From assembly GCA_024278495.1 (NCBI GenBank), contig JAJRTB010000219.1, positions 3,286 to 27,285 of the forward strand: 24,000 nt of DNA. The letters are read 5' to 3'. Every line of letters begins with the position of its first letter. Position 1 is the first letter of the stretch. This stretch comes from Deltaproteobacteria bacterium. Its GTDB lineage: Bacteria; Desulfobacterota; Desulfobulbia; Desulfobulbales; Desulfobulbaceae. Both the position numbers and the translations under genes were made by a program. A model generated the notes under the pieces. That model was not told the DNA's origin and made no database searches. It saw only the letters and a list, made by a program, of their open reading frames with translations. This document shows positions 23,506 to 24,000 of the stretch, in pieces.

Positions 23506-24000
23506 ATGACTTCGCCGGGAATAACAGGTCAACGTATGCGACAGCTTTCCATCCGCTGGAAATTTATCCTCAACAGTTTCGGCATAATGTTGACGACAGT
23601 TCTGCTTATCGGTTTTGTCCTCACCTTTTCTCTGCAGGACTATCTGGCCCGGGAAGCCAAAGAACTCCACCGCTCCGAACTTGACTCAACACGCCGGCAC
23701 CTGAAAAACTACGTTGATATCGCCATCAGCCTCATTGAGGAATCAGCAGGGGCAGCACAAAGAGGGGAGATAACGCTTGCCCGGGCCAAGCAAACCGCCA
23801 TGGACAAAATCAGACGCCTCAGGTACGATTCCGGCGTCGGCTATTTCTGGATAAACGATACCGGCCGCCCCTTTCCCAGAATGATCATGCACCCCACCGT
23901 CCCCGACCTGGACGGCCGGGTGCTGGACGACCCCAGGTTTAACTGCGTCCAGGGCACCAATAAAAACCTTTTTGTCGCCATGGTTGAGGCAACTGAAAAG
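23506..24000 (+). CDS. Membrane sensor protein with a periplasmic single-Cache (sCache_2-like) domain; 3' end beyond the window
   Basis: This open frame runs to the window end and is not in the ORF track. It reads (MTSPGITGQR)MRQLSIRWKFILNSFGIMLTTVLLIGFVLTF (TM helix), then ...AKQTAMDKIRRLRYDSGVGYFWINDTGRPFPRMIMHPTVPDLDGRVLDD. The YFWIND...MHP motif is typical of Cache_2 sensor domains of chemoreceptors and kinases. The start is ATG 23506 or ATG 23536. Confidence 0.75.
   Translation, partial: MTSPGITGQRMRQLSIRWKFILNSFGIMLTTVLLIGFVLTFSLQDYLAREAKELHRSELDSTRRHLKNYVDIAISLIEESAGAAQRGEITLARAKQTAMDKIRRLRYDSGVGYFWINDTGRPFPRMIMHPTVPDLDGRVLDDPRFNCVQGTNKNLFVAMVEATEK

Overview
This is a visibly GC-rich bacterial chromosomal window. 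Gene content suggests an anaerobic Desulfobacterota-like organism, but that is inference only. All calls rest on reading the sequence and on remembered family motifs; no database search was possible.

Genes in order:
- mfd, with its 5' end cut by the window edge
- a YrfG-like HAD hydrolase
- a GGDEF diguanylate cyclase (minus strand)
- an uncharacterised 371-aa protein (minus strand)
- a secreted protein of 17 ELWxxDGT repeats
- a small TPR membrane protein
- a complete Na+-NQR cluster, apbE-nqrABCDEF, followed by a small Cys-rich NqrM-like ORF
- an arsR-hgcA-hgcB mercury-methylation locus
- a small secreted protein
- an MFS transporter and a YceH/DUF480 protein (both minus strand)
- a nitroreductase
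- the 5' part of a Cache-domain sensor

The main anomaly is in the hgcAB locus.
- The HgcA reading frame has no usable start downstream of an in-frame TGA at 18616-18618.
- That TGA directly follows a Cys codon, and a hairpin that can be drawn by hand follows it.
- The same frame is open upstream to an ATG with a good Shine-Dalgarno that overlaps the arsR stop.
- This makes HgcA either a candidate selenoprotein with a Cys-Sec tail or a disrupted gene.
- hgcB is split by a single-nucleotide frame change.

Other observations:
- two intergenic repeat modules are shared, in permuted order, between 5.65-6.99 kb and 23.28-23.43 kb
- the ELW repeat gene contains near-identical 144-bp DNA repeats
- a 13-bp perfect inverted repeat lies in an AT-rich convergent intergenic region
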